A stretch of 54,934 nt of DNA, filler included, from Thelocarpon superellum (GCA_026025795.1; 3 parts of 3 records of this genome joined end to end with filler, not necessarily neighbours in it); one strand, 5' to 3'. Numbered from the whole stretch's first letter, positions 1 to 12,668 are shown. Translations and numbers: made by a program. The notes: a model not told the origin generated them from the letters alone.

Positions 1-108
1 TTCTCACGAAGACATTCACGACCGTTCAAGAGCTGGCTGGAAATGCAGTGACGTGACGCTTGATTGAGATGGATTGAAAGGGCACGAGGAAAGGCGTTGC
101 AAAGAGAC

Positions 109-489
109 ATGGCGCCATCACCCATCATACCCGCCGCCGCTGCTCCCTCCCGGCCCGCCAAGGTCCGTGGTTCCGCACAGGCGGCGTCGTCCGGGCAGTT
201 CAAGATCCTCTACTTTGCCAGCGCAACAGTCTACACCCATTGTGCGCACGAAGATCTGCCCGCGCCGATGAAGATAGCCGACCTCTTTGCCCTGCTGGAG
301 ACCAAGTATCCGGGCATTGCAGACAACGTGCTCAGCTGCTGTGCCGTCACGAAGAATCTGGTCTATTTGGATTTACCCGAGGTGAAGCAGGGAGGTAGCG
401 GTGAGGGTGGAGAAAGAGAGGAAGATGGAACGGCGATGATCCTGCCTGGGGACGAGATGGCTCTCATTCCGCCCGTGAGCGCCGGATGA
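109..489 (+). CDS. MOCS2A: Molybdopterin synthase small (sulfur-carrier) subunit, MoaD/ThiS family
   Basis: First in-frame ATG at 109. MoaD-like N-terminal motif FKILYFASA and C-terminal GDEMALIPPVSAG ending in Gly. Single exon. Fungal orthologue is cnxG. Confidence 0.85.
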   Translation: MAPSPIIPAAAAPSRPAKVRGSAQAASSGQFKILYFASATVYTHCAHEDLPAPMKIADLFALLETKYPGIADNVLSCCAVTKNLVYLDLPEVKQGGSGEGGEREEDGTAMILPGDEMALIPPVSAG

Positions 490-604
490 ATCAAACGCAT
501 AAGTACGTCGACCACGGGCTTCTAAACATGCCTGCTTCCAACAACTCCATGCTCGACGCTGAGAGATCACAGAGAGGGTGACACGTTATGTACGCGCAAG
601 CACG

Positions 605-3600
605 TCAAGGGAAGTGCTCCCATGACGTCGGGTCAGCGTCCAGATCCAGATTGAAAAAGACATCGTCCATGAAGATGGAGGAGAAATCGCCGTCGCCAAT
701 CGTCATGTTCATCGGTTGTCCGCCCAGAAATCCTCCCATACCGCCCATGCTGTCGTCGAATCCCATGTCCAATCCCGGCGCCGTTGGCGCGGGAATAGCC
801 TGGGTCTGCTCGTTGGTGAGGCTGTCCATGGGCACTGGTGCCCCTCCGTTCGTCGTGCCATAGCTACTGCTGCTCGTCTGCGTCGCGGGGACGTCGCCGT
901 TGGCGCCGTTGCTGTACCCGTACCACCCATTGCTTGGACCTTGGCTCGAGCCCAGGGTACTGCTCCCAATTCCATCAGAGAGGCCGTTGGAGTTGCCCAT
1001 GGCGACTTCGCTCAGCAGCTGCAACGGCGTGTTGGCATTGCTGTACTCCGACGGCACATGATTGCCCTCGCCGCGTGCCGCGTGCGCCTCGACGCCGTCG
1101 CTCAGGATCTGGGGGTAGGCCGAGCTTGATCGAGAGGATGGCGCGGCCGCGTTGTTCGGCGTGTTCTCTCGCGTTTCGGGAATCAGCTTGCGCCGCGGCG
1201 AGTCCGATGTTCCCGCAAACCCTGCTCGCGGACAAGGATGCATTCCCGTCTTTGCTTTGCCCACCTTTCTCCCGCATCCATACTCTTGCTTATGGAACCA
1301 CGTTCTCAACATGACCAAGACGCCGACAAACTTCGCCGCCGGTCGGCACTTGTCCTCCTCGGCCGCGGCGCCAAACCGCTCCAGAAGCTTGTTCAGATAA
1401 AACTCCACCTTCATGTCTTCCTTGCCAATGACCTTGCCGAGCTCGCTGTTCTGGGCAAAGGCCTTGAAGTACATCTTGATGAGACAGACGACGGCGTATG
1501 AAGTTCGGACGTGGAAGAAGATGGGAAGTCTTCGCACGCTCTCAAGATCAAAAGTCAAAAAGGTGTCGAAGACGCCATGGATCGAGGCCAGACACGAAGT
1601 CAGGGCGTCGATGTGCGTCGGCGTCAGAAGGTCAGCTGGACTAGGACCGCCCTTGAACGTATCCTCGGTGTAGGGAGGATGGAAGTCATCGATGTTATGG
1701 TCCACGTGAATCGCCACCTCATGCGTGTACAAATTGACGACGTGCGCATGCAGCTGAATCGTGGCTGGCCCAACGTCAGTAGGGTCGACATCGAGGCTTT
1801 AAAAAGACTCACGCGTCGCCAGTTCGGCGGGAAGATGAGCATGCCAGTCCTCGAGCTGCCGCTCGAACCCCTTCAACGCGTACTGGGTCTTCGAATCCGA
1901 GAGACTCAGGTTGCCCGCAGGATCGTCCATGGAGAACTGGAACCCCACCTCGTCGGCAATATGCTGCATCCTAACCCACTGACAGAGCAGCCGGTCCGAC
2001 GGCAAGGCATCAGGGGAGGACTGCAAGACATTCAGGCAATCGTCCATGTACGAGGTCCACCGAATCAGGTTGATGCGGCGGAGGGAGAGGGCAGCTCTAG
2101 AAACCCGATTCGTCAGCATGAGACAACGACGCGGAAAGGAGCAGATCGTACGTCGAGCTCAGAAAATAGCAGCTCAGCCACGAGCGACGAGCCTCGATGG
2201 AATTGGCGTCGGCCAACGTGCAGCGCCGCATGGCGTGATGATTACGCCACATGGCGGCTATCACTCTGTTCGGCTTTTTCCTGTTTGGTACAGCCTTTCG
2301 GTTGAAGCCAAGATCGACAGCCATGACGGCGGCAATGTGGATGAATTGGTAGAACTTTAGCTCTTCGTGGTGATCCGGTGGCCAGTACCACAACGTGGAC
2401 AGATGCAGGGCCTGGACCAGCTCCAGGGACTTCTCGCCGTTGCAGATGATGCGCTCGGCCAAGAGCTTCATGTTCTCCTTGCTGAGCGTGCTTTGAATCT
2501 CGGGGTGGGATGGACCGCAGGCGATGCTGAGGAGGGACAGAAAGAGCATGGGCTTGGCCTTGCGGATCTCCGCCGCCGCCGTCCCAGGCGGAAAGACGAC
2601 GGCGGGAAAGAATTGCGTCATGTTGTCGACATAATTCTGGAAGATAATGGCCGCGGCTTCGGCGGAGAGGATGCGTCGATCGATGACGTCGACGTACTCG
2701 GTACCGTTGCTCAGGCTCGGCGGCGATCGGGTGCCGTCGGGGGTCTGCACGGAGCTGCTGTTGGTGCGCGACGGCTTGGGCATCAAAAAGGGATACACCG
2801 AAGGCCGACCATTCGTCGTCGCCGTGGGCGGTCGCTCGGACGATGCGACAGTGGACGGGTGGGCGGTCCGGTTCGCTCGAGGGGGCTCTGGCTCATGGGC
2901 CAGAGAGACGGCGGTCATGTCGGAGAATTTGCGTTTGCGGCTCAAGTCTGCGTTGGGCGCAGCTGGCGCGCTGACGGCGGGGGAAAGGTGCTCGGGCGAG
3001 GGCCTCTTGTGCCACCCGTTTGTCTCGGGCACCTGCGAGGCATATGTCGCAGGTGAGGAGGGGAACGGAACAGGGTTGGGTCGTGCGGGGCGCCGACCAC
3101 GATCGCCGCCCTCCACGTCCTCGTCCTCGGCCGAAGAATCAGCGTCGCTCTCGCTTTCGGCTCGGACGACCGTGGGATGAGAGGCGTGCAAGGTGGCCGT
3201 CAGTGCATCGATTTTCTTCTCGAGTTCAGCGACGCGGCTATCGGATTTCTTCTGGCGCTTCCGGCTGGGGACGGTGACGACACAGGCGCGACCGGCTTTC
3301 GCGCACCGGCGACAAGGACCGTCGGGATTTGTGCGGTCGGTATCGCAGCGAACCTTGAGGCCGCGACAGGACTCACACGCACGCGGTCGCTTGGGATCGT
3401 GGGCAGAGTCAAGGGGAGAAGGCACGGTAGCATGTCCCACGTCGGAGGTCGGGGTGAGCTGATGGTAGGCCGCATCGGACAGGGAGGGAACGGAGGAGGG
3501 CGTTGGCGGCGGCAATCGCACCGGATTCTCTGCCAACGATGGGCGTGGCAGTCGGGGAAGATGCGAATATTCTTGCGATAGGCGGGATCCGGGGCCGGCC

Positions 3601-3710
3601 GAGATGGGGACGGAGGAGGACAGGGAGGAGGACAAAGGAGGAGGCGCAAGCGGCGGCAGAGGTGGTGGAGGAGGATGAGCTCGTAATCGAGGATCTACTT
3701 GCATGTCCAT
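605..3710 (-). CDS. Zn(II)2Cys6 fungal transcription factor (War1-like architecture)
   Basis: Binuclear cluster CESCRGLKVRC-x10-CRRCAKAGRAC plus a middle homology region. Introns 2097-2151 and 1765-1812 (GT..AG with CTGAC branch) join the three ORF pieces in frame (FLSST|AALSL; ELAT|PTIQL). Confidence 0.9.
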
Positions 3711-4993
3711 GGCGATTGCGTAACGGCGCGGGGTGGACTGGTGATGATGGATCGCAATGCCGGGCGTCCGAGGTGACCGATCGGGGTCGGGGTCGGGGTC
3801 GGTGTTGGATTGCTTCCGCGCCGATGGTGGTGAGGAACGGCGAAATCGGCGCGGCCGCTGCTACTGCGTCATAGGTCCGTGGTCCGACCCGACCAGGGCG
3901 AACTGGTCGTGCCGGTCAGCCTCGCAAGCCGGCGGATGCTTGCAGCGGCGGGCGGGTTGAACAGCTGAAGCATGGAAGAGAGACGGATGGAAACAAAGCG
4001 GCTTCGTCGGCGACGTCTCATGCGAATTCCAGGCGCAGAAGTCCCACCTGCACGAGAGCATCCAACATGCACCACCGCCCCGTACCCCAGGCCCCAAGCC
4101 CCAGGCTCCTCGGACCGACACGACGCAGCTCGGGGAACTGGCAGGTCCCGGGCCGCGACAAGCTTGGATGGCACAAGTACTCGCACTGCTCCCTACGTGG
4201 TTACTCCACCGTCGGAGCTTGCCGGGTCGGTGCTCATGGCTCACGGCCAATGCCGGTTTTTGCTGCACTGTTTTCCCAGTGATTCGTCACCCTGCCTCGC
4301 TTGAGCTGGCTGGACGCGGGACGGCGGCGAGGCAGCAGCTTCGACGCGCCAATCATGTTCCTCGAACCCCTCCGAGCGGCGTGGGCGGCACCCAGTCCGC
4401 TCCGATCATTTTTTCGTCAGACGGAGGGCCGGGAGCCGACTCGGACCATGGGCCGGACGTCTGACGCATCCCGAGACCCTACGGCGCCCTACCTGGATGC
4501 CCACGGACGCCAAGTAGAGCAAAAGGTCAACGGCCGTTACATGGCATTACATGGGAAACGCCTCACTACATTAGGACTGCTGGAGATGAGGATTCTGGTG
4601 TTTATGGTGTTGGCTAGAGTACTTCTCCCGCGTGCATAGCAAGGACGAGAATCATGTTGGGGTTTCCTTGGGCGCGCTGGCCTGGGGGCAAGCGCTTACC
4701 GTAATCTTGATCACGTGTCCCGACGCGGCATCCGCCCATCAGTGCGGTAGCGACTGCCGCAGGCAATGCCGCAGACACGCCGCTGCATCGCGGCTGCCAA
4801 CGCTGCTGCCAACGCTGCTGCCATGCCCGGCCGTTGGCGGGTCGCCTTATCGCGACCGCTCTGATAAGTTTATTTTCACTCCTGTATCTACGGCGGGGCC
4901 GGGTTGAAACCAGCTCATGTCCCATCTCATGTCCCTTGAACCGCCACAACCTCCAACCTTTTGCTCCGCAAGGAGCAAGTTGTGACATTGCAG

Positions 4994-6685
4994 ATGGAGG
5001 ACCCCGCTAGCCGATCATCGGCATCAGAGCACTTCCACAGCAGAAAGCTGGCCCCGATCATCATCCCCGGGGGCCCTGTCACGCCATTGAACGTCTCTCG
5101 CACGAAACGCGTGCTCCAGGTGCTCGTAGCCGTCATCTATTGTCTTCTTGCCGCCGGCGTTATCTTCGGATACGCTGCGCTGAAGCCGGTGCTCATCCAT
5201 GAAGGCGTCTACCGAGATCGCTGCACGCCGGAGGAGAGAGATCGGGGTGTGCGCGTCTGCTACAGGCAAGAGCTTGGGTATGCCCTCGGTTGATCCCATC
5301 AACCGCAAGATCTAACACGACCTCAATGGGCTAGCTTGAATTTCATGTTCACCGTCGCCGCGGTGGTGACGAACGTCTGCGCGTTGGTGGTGGGCGCCCT
5401 TCTTGATCGATACGGCCCCCGGGCGACCAGCATCATTGGCTGCGTCCTCTTCGCTGCAGGGTGCCTCGTCTTTGCGCTCGCCGCGCAGATTCGAGTCGTC
5501 GATGCCTACGTCACTGGGTACCTCCTGCTTGCGCTTGGAGGGCCCTTTGTCTTCATTCCGGCCTTCCAACTCTCCAACACCTTCCCCGCCCACTCGGGCC
5601 TCATTCTATCAATGCTCACGGGGGCCTTTGATTCCTCAAGTGCTGTCTTCCTGGTCTACCAGATCATCTACGAGCGATCCAACTCGACCGTGAGGCCTCG
5701 GACCTTCTTCCTCGCATATCTCATCGTTCCCGTCTTCATGTTGGCGGCTCAGCTCTTCCTGATGCCGTCGCAATCCTACAAAACGATTGGCGAGATGTTT
5801 GAAGACGCGGGCGTGAGCCCCGATGGGCAGGATCTGATCGACTCGGATGAGGAGATCGAGGACGCGGCGGCACTGCAGCGCGTCCGCGAGGAACTCCGCA
5901 TCCGACGCGAGAGCGTGGTCAGTGAAATCACGGAGCTCCTGGGCCCCAAGCAACCGGACAAACAAATGCAAGACGAGGAGCGCAAGCGCCAGAAGAGCGG
6001 CGTGTGGGGCGCACTCCACGGCCTCTCGGCCCTGGAACAGATCCGGACACCCTGGTTCCTGCTCATTACGCTCTTCACCATTGTGCAGATGACGCGGATC
6101 AACTACTTCGTGGCGACCATCCGGCCGCAGTACGAGTACCTCCTCGGCAGCTACCAGGAAGCAGTCAAGATCAACAGCTTCTTCGACATCGCCCTCCCCC
6201 TTGGCGGCGTGATCGCCGTGCCTTTCGTGGGTCTTGTCCTCGACAACTTCAGCACACCCCTCGTCCTCGGCCTCCTCGTCCTCTCTGCCAGCGGCATCGG
6301 CATACTCGGCACGCTTCCGTCGACGTGGGCGGGCTTCGCCAACGTCGGCCTCTTCGTGATCTACCGGCCCTTCTACTACACCGCCATCTCGGACTACTCC
6401 GCCAAAGTCTTCGGCTTCCACACCTTCGGCAAAGTCTATGGCCTGATCATGTGTCTTGGCGGTCTTTTCAACTTCTCCCAAGCTGCTCTCGATGCCCTCA
6501 CCTACCGCGTCTTCCACAAGGATCCTATTCCCGTGAACCTGCTTCTTCTCGCCGTCGCCCTCGCCGTCGGCATTCCGCTCGTTGCGTATGTCTGGATCCG
6601 CAGTCGCTCGATCAAGCGGGAACGTCTTGAGTTGGAGGCTGAGGGCGCGACCGAGACGCTGATGCCTGGTGCGAGGGGGTTTTGA
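4994..6685 (+). CDS. FMP42: MFS transporter, FMP42/SLC43(LAT3)-like
   Basis: Multi-TM protein with AGVIFGYAALKPVL, GALLDRYGPR, SMLTGAFDSSS and FGFHTFGKVYG motifs. Intron 5278-5334 (GTATGC..CTAAC..TAG). The start codon is uncertain; a further upstream exon is possible. Confidence 0.8.
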
Positions 6686-6920
6686 TGAAATCGGCACGGG
6701 TGGGATGAGATTGGCTCAGATGGGACGGAGTCGTATCGGTTGGGCTTCCATCTTGGATGCAGGTGTTATCATTGGCGTGCAAACGAGAAGGAGCTCTTGC
6801 TGGCGTATCAGGAGACTTTGGTTGGTTGGGCAGCCACGGCGCTGCTCCGGCGCAGTCAGAGCAGTCAGAACAGTCCGAGCAACACGTATCGCTATTACAG
6901 CAACAATGCACGCTTTACAC

Positions 6921-6990
6921 AGACCCACCAGCATGAGTACGAGCACGAGCACGAGACCCACCAGCATGAGTACGAGCAAGCACGAGCACG
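6921..6990. repeat. 25-bp direct repeat (AGACCCACCAGCATGAGTACGAGCA x2) mixed with CACGAG hexamers
   Basis: Directly visible between the convergent FMP42-like and amidase stop codons. Confidence 0.75.
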
Positions 6991-7013
6991 GGGAGCACAA
7001 AGCCATGATGAAG

Positions 7014-9109
7014 CTACGTGACAATATCAAGGTGGACGTAAGCGCCGGCGCCAGACCTGACCAAGGCGTCTTCGACGCGCTGCATGGCGCTCAGGACGAC
7101 CTCCTCTTGCAGCCGCTGGCCCACGACCTGCACGCCGACAGGCAGGCCGTGCATTGCCTCGGCGTCGTAGTGTTTGTACGCGCCCTGTGCGATGCCGTTC
7201 AATTCGCGCAGGCAGAAGGTCGACGGCAGGCCGTCCAGGTCTCGGTCGACGTGCGTGACGGGGAGTACGCCTGCTGTGTAGTCCAGCTGTCATGGCGTCA
7301 GCGCGGGACGTGCATGACTACACGAGATGGGGATGGGGCGGGGATTAGGACTGGGATTGGGAATTGGGGGACAGTCTAGGCAATGACGAAAGAAGGAGGG
7401 AGGGACCGTACAAGGTTGAAGAGAAAAGTGTAGCCGCAGCTGCTAACGGCGTCTTTCATCGCGTCGTGAGGCACAGCGGGCGTCGCATTCGGTACCGTCA
7501 GGAGAAAGTCGAGCTTCGCGTCGTTCAGCCACCAGTCGTGCCATTTGGCACGGTAGGCTTCGCGCCGCGCAACGAGTTTCCATTGCTCGAAAGAGCTCTT
7601 CTCGTGCCAATCTCGTAGGAGACCTGCCCAGAGCTCGTCGCGCCGGATGTACTTGACCCATAGATAGTGCAGGTACTTGACCGGCCAAGGTAGGTGCATG
7701 TAGAATGCCATTTGCGCGGCGCCGGGGTCGTTCCACTCGCCAGGACGGAAGAAAGAGAGGAAGGTCTTGCAGCCATCGGCGGACAGGAGCTGCGAGCCAA
7801 TTTGGAGGGCCTCGTAGGGCGAAGGAGGGTCGACGTCGACCACTTCGTGTCCCTCGGATGCCAAGGTCGAGGCCACGGTGCTGAGGGCTCTGGCGCAGGC
7901 GGGGGAAGGGGTCACGACGCCTGTGCTTATCAGTAACGGATACAGAGGTGGACGCGAGGCGGTCAAACCGTCATCTCTCATCACGCCCACGCGGAATCTT
8001 TTCTGCTCCAACGCTTTTTGTTCTGCATCCTCTCGCCATGGGATCGCGTGCACTGTGTGGTCGTAGTTCCACGGCTGCATCCCAACCATGCTCCGGGTGA
8101 AATAGTTTAGATCGCCCAAAGTTCTGGCCATGGGACTATACACGCTTTGGATCCCCTCCTGCCCCGGCATGCTGGTGGAAATGCCAGCTTTGGGCCACCG
8201 ACCGATCGAGCACCGGAGCGAGTAGATGCCGGCAAAGTGTGCTGGGACACGCACGGAGCCGGCGACGTCGGACCCTATGCCGATGCGGCCGCCTCCGCAA
8301 GCAAGCAAGGCGGCCTCGCCACCGGTGGAACCGCCGGGGGAGTATTTGGGATTGTGCGGGTTGGTGCATCTCCCCCAGATCTGGAGGAATCAGTGTTGGG
8401 GAGAATGGTGGGGTCTGACGTTCACGTACGTCATTGGACGATTCAAAGGAGAGCAAGGTGATTGGCAGGTTGGTCTTAACGTAGGGGAGAGCTCCTGTAG
8501 CATTTAGTTAGCACTCGTAGCGCGTGCCGGAAATGGGGCGGTGTACCAGCATCCTTGAGCATCCTCACCATTGGCCCATCTTGTGCATGTGGCTTGTTGG
8601 TGAAGGAAGAGTATCCCACGCTGGCGTCATAGCCGCCCACGATCACTGTGTCTTTCAGCGATACTGGAATACCAGCGAGCGGACCTGTGCAATACGTCAG
8701 CTGAGCCTTGACCCAGAGATCCCAATGCAACACACCCTTCACATTGATTTGTGTCGCCGCCCATGTCTCGGCTTCTGGGATCATCACCTCCGTCAAGCAA
8801 TTGGTCTTGTGATGGGCGTTGATGGCCGCCTTGCCATACGTGCGGAGGATATCAATTGGTGGGATGTCGCCTTTGTGAACATCCTGGACAAGCTGCTCGA
8901 TGGGCTTCTTCAGGATGTACTTGTCTTTGATCCACAGCTGTTCCAGATACAACGCCGGGAGGGAGGCGATGCGGACCTTCCGCTCATCCTGTTTGCGGCG
9001 ACTAAGCCCCCCCACTCTTGAATGAGCTTGCGTATTCCGCCCAGGATCATGGAGAGAAGCGGTCTTACCAGTCGCGCCGATGCTGGAGATAATCAAACAG
9101 AAATGACAT
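7014..9109 (-). CDS. Amidase signature family protein (acetamidase/FAAH-like)
   Basis: Ser-cisSer-Lys triad motifs GIPVSLKD, PGGSTGGE and GSDVAGSVRVPA, and C-terminal GLPVGVQVVG. Start MSFLFDYLQHRRDC. Introns 9002-9068, 8685-8735, 8495-8546, 8381-8429, 7921-7968 and 7287-7411. Confidence 0.9.
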
Positions 9110-10051
9110 GGTTACGAGGGCAATGCTGCCCAGACATGCGTCTTCTCGTCGAGCTGCTCATTTGAGGAGCGTGTCTGAGGGGTCGGCACGAGACCCGAGG
9201 ATTACGGGTAACATAGTTCCAAGTGTTTACGGAGAAGCCCTCGGAACGACGCTATTCCTCCACCGCGACAAGCCGAGCCGGCTCGCTACGCCGCTGCAAT
9301 CGCACGGTACAATTACGACTTCATACTGTCTCTCCTACCTGGTGTTGGCGCATGCTTCCAAGACCTGGGGAGTTCCTGCATCGTGGCGATGATGACCCTG
9401 AATCTTTCACTGGGCTTGCCTTCCGGTCAGCTGAACTGCCGCCCGACCAAGTACACACACTGCCCGGCAGGTCTCTGAGGGTGTATGAATACAAGGAACG
9501 TGGAAGGCTGGAGAGTCCGTGTACTTGACGACATGGGTCCCACTTTGCACGACGATTGTTTAGTTCGGTTTCGGGATAAAAGTAGGACAGACGGAACTAG
9601 GGCGAAGGACAAACGGACCTAAAGACGTGTACTTCATACTCTCTCGATCGGACAAGGAACGTCAGCCTGGCAGCGGCAAATCGGGCCAAACGATCAAAGA
9701 ATGACAGCAAATTAGCTCTCTGTCTGAAGCAGGTCTGACGTCTCAGGGAGAGCTCAGCGCGGAGTGACGGTGTCAAACGAGGTGGTCCGGCCTAAATCAT
9801 AGGCTCTCCGTGGTCGTCGCTTGTGGGGCGAGAGGCAGCGCGGACCTGAACCCTGGGCGGCGCCCCCACTCGAAGCGCGGCTGGGGTCCGGCAGTTTAAG
9901 CGCCGGGCGGGAACACCCGCAACCCCGTGCCTCAGCTGGCCATTGGTCTGTCCGGCGACTCTTCAAAACATGGTGAGACGACTCAACCGGGGACATTAAT
10001 AGCACAGGGTCGTTTCCATGATGGCATCAGAAGGCGGTCGAGCCTCTCTGC

Positions 10052-10059
10052 TATATAAA
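10052..10059 (+). promoter_or_regulatory. TATA box (TATATAAA) upstream of the MARVEL-like gene
   Basis: Consensus TATAWAWR about 230 bp upstream of ATG 10290, followed by a CT-rich leader. Confidence 0.55.
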
Positions 10060-10289
10060 TCACGAACATGTCTCCCCATGGCCTTCCTGACCAGCAGCCG
10101 CCATCGCCCGATCACTCTCCTCGCCCACACTCATTTGCAGTCCTTACAGCTTCTTTCCTTGAAGTCATTCATTGAGATCCTCGCCGATATCTTTGCTGCG
10201 ATTGTTGCGCTCGCACGATCCGCACATACCGTCATCCTCCAACTTCCCAACTCTCTCAACCTCTTCTTTTTCATACATCGTCCGTCATC

Positions 10290-10968
10290 ATGGTTGCTCA
10301 GCAGCACGGTGCCCTGGGGGCCACCTTCTCTATCGTCCGCGCGCTTCAGGCCGTGTCGCTCATCGCCATCATTGGGATGACGGCCAACTTCATCTCCGAG
10401 ATGGTCAGCGCCAACACGACGCCACCGAACGTCCTGATTGGCACACTCAGTGTGGTAAGTGCTGGTCGTCTGAGAGAGTCCTTCTGCATCGCGACTGACC
10501 CCCTCCAGACCTGTATCGCGGTGTTGTATTGCGCCATCACTTTCATCCTCTACCTCGACAACATCCTGCCCTTCCTTGTCAACCTCGGCACCGACGGACT
10601 CGTGCTGATCGCCGTCACCGTCGTTGCCGTCACGGTGGGGAAGCCGCTCTCGTACATGAACTGTCAGATCATCGGCAACGGTGCTGGCGCCAATTCGGCG
10701 TACGACTTCGCCGACAACCTGGGGCACACCCTGAACCAGAATGGCGGCAACATCGATTACACGTCATGGGCGGGCGCGGACAAGACGACGTGCTTGGAGA
10801 TGAAATCCATCTGGGGCCTGAGCATTGCCCTCTGGTGGGTGTCACGGCCCAACCAAGTTCGAATACGTGCTGATCAAGTGTAGCATCCTCTTCGCCTTCT
10901 CGATGATGTGCAGTCTCTGCCTGTGGCGACGCAGCAAGGCCATGACGGCGAAGCCGTATGTGGTCTAG
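10290..10968 (+). CDS. Small 4-TM fungal membrane protein, MARVEL-like
   Basis: Four hydrophobic helices, VRALQAVSLIAIIG start and CLEMKSIWGLSIALCILF end. Introns 10455-10508 and 10835-10883. Stop TAG at 10966-10968. Confidence 0.8.
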
Positions 10969-11250
10969 GTCTTGATAGACCCGAACCCTTCGCCGAGAGG
11001 TGACCGGGACCGTCAACTTTTTCGCCCGTCACGATCTCGCGACTAAATATAATGGTGCCTGGTTTCCTCGACGATATGCCCTCTCGCAGGGTCAATCACT
11101 TGGTGTCGCGTGGTGTCTGTCGTTTCCGCTGGCTTTGGCCATTTCGTGATCCTATGGGTGGCAAGCTGCTGCTGGCGTAATTTACAGCCCAGGAAATAGC
11201 TAGAGGGGGTAGATAGTGTGAGAAAACCGTGCGTGGTTGATGTCGTTTGA

Positions 11251-12668
11251 TCATTCCTCTTCGCTCTCGCTCTCGCTTTCGGCGCGCTCCATGCGAAAGT
11301 CTTCCGATCCTAGGACCTGTGCCAGCTCCGCCTCGAGTTCGTCTTCAGGGTCGTCCTCGACACCCTGGTGAAGGGCCGGTGACGGTAGACGTAAGGCCTC
11401 GTGGTCCTGTCGCTCCGGCTCCGGCTCCTGCTCGTGTCGTAAGGAGGACGGGGGCAGCCGGACGCCATGGCCAGGACCGTCGTCCTCGTCATCATCCTCG
11501 TCGCTTTCCGAGCTCGTCATGCGTTTGCTAGACGGACTGAGTGAACTAGCAGCGGAGCGCAGCGATCGAGGCGCGGCCGCGGCTAGAGCAGCTCCCAGGC
11601 TTCCACCTAGCGCTGGTTTGGGCTTCGTGACCGGCTCCATCTCAATGGTCAGGTCGTTGTCAAGCGAGGACTCATCATCCGCCGAGTCATCTCGCCGCTC
11701 GGCCCTCTCCATTTCCGCAATCGTTGGCTTGGATTTGGGTTTGGCTCGGGGTTTCGACTTCGGCTTGGCCTTTGGCTTCGGCTTGGGCTTGGGCTTGGGC
11801 TTGGCACGCGATTTGGCAAGATCCTCCCGTGGCAGTGGTCGCGCTTGGGGCGTCTCGGGATCGTCGCTGATGTCCCGCTCATTGGGCGTCATTTTGAAAG
11901 AGGCGTCACTCTGGCTCTCTGGCCGATGAAGGGGGGGACCGTTTCCGTGGAGATAGTGCCGGAAATCGAAAGGATTCTCATCATCAGGATTGGAGCAGTC
12001 CGGCTCGTTCTCACACAGTTCTTCTGGCGTCTCTGGCCTCTCGATATCCTCTGCCTCCTCCGCATCGGTCGGTTGGGCCGGCTCTGCCTCTTCCTCCCCG
12101 CCATCCGTGCTGATGTTCGTCTCGGCGGTGCTCTCGGCGGACTTCTCGAGCTGTTTGTATTGTTGCTGGAGCTTGGTGCCATCCTTTTCCCAGGGCGCGG
12201 AGGATAAGTTGAAGTTCAGATCGGATTCGAGCGCGTCGAGGGTGAAGGCGCGCTGCGACGGATCGTAAGTGAGTACGTAGGAGCCCGATGGGTCGCCTGT
12301 GGCCCGATAGCCTTCATACTGATAGTGGCTGGTGCGAGTCCCCTCATTGTCGAGGATGGAGAGGTGATATCGTTCCGGAGCGGTGGGAGATTGGGAGAGA
12401 TGGGTCTCGCGTTTTGCGGAGTCCTGGCTGGGCTTGTGGTTGTCTGCCTCCCCGTAGGTTAGTTGTGTTCTGCTGACGGCTCAATCGCGGGCGGTGGGAC
12501 GTCACATTTGATTGCGGTATAATTTGGTCCTTGGTCCTCGTCACCGTCGTGGAGGATCGTGCGGCCCAAAATAACCTCGTAGGTCGCGGGTTGGGAGAGA
12601 TCGACCATGCTCTCGTCGCGAAGATGGTTCGCGGCGTCGGCTTCGGCCCTGGGAGAAAAAGAAGACAT
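11251..12668 (-). CDS. ELL-associated factor (EAF) N-terminal domain protein
   Basis: YEVILG, K|YNHKP, SYVLTYDPSQRAFTLDALESDLNFNL and DENPFDFRHYL motifs, with an acidic C-terminus ending ESESEEE. Intron 12444-12505 joins the pieces in frame. Confidence 0.8.

Noticed and set aside
490..604. Bicistronic MOCS2A/MOCS2B arrangement as in animals
   Set aside because: No MoaE-like frame follows. Only 115 bp separate MOCS2A from the convergent transcription-factor stop.
5636..6697. Long antisense ORFs (for example 5636-6697, 50502-51842, 16632-17447, 1511-2305)
   Set aside because: They lie opposite well-supported genes and are expected shadows of GC-rich codon usage. They show no protein motifs.
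9002..9060. Apparent frameshift at a G7 run near the amidase 5' end (pseudogene or slippage site)
   Set aside because: It is resolved by a canonical intron (9002-9068) and an upstream ATG at 9109.
9624..9640. GACGTGTACTTCATA resembling the 5' end of fungal U3 snoRNA
   Set aside because: Box A (GGATCATTTCTATAG-like), an intron donor and the B/C/D boxes do not follow.
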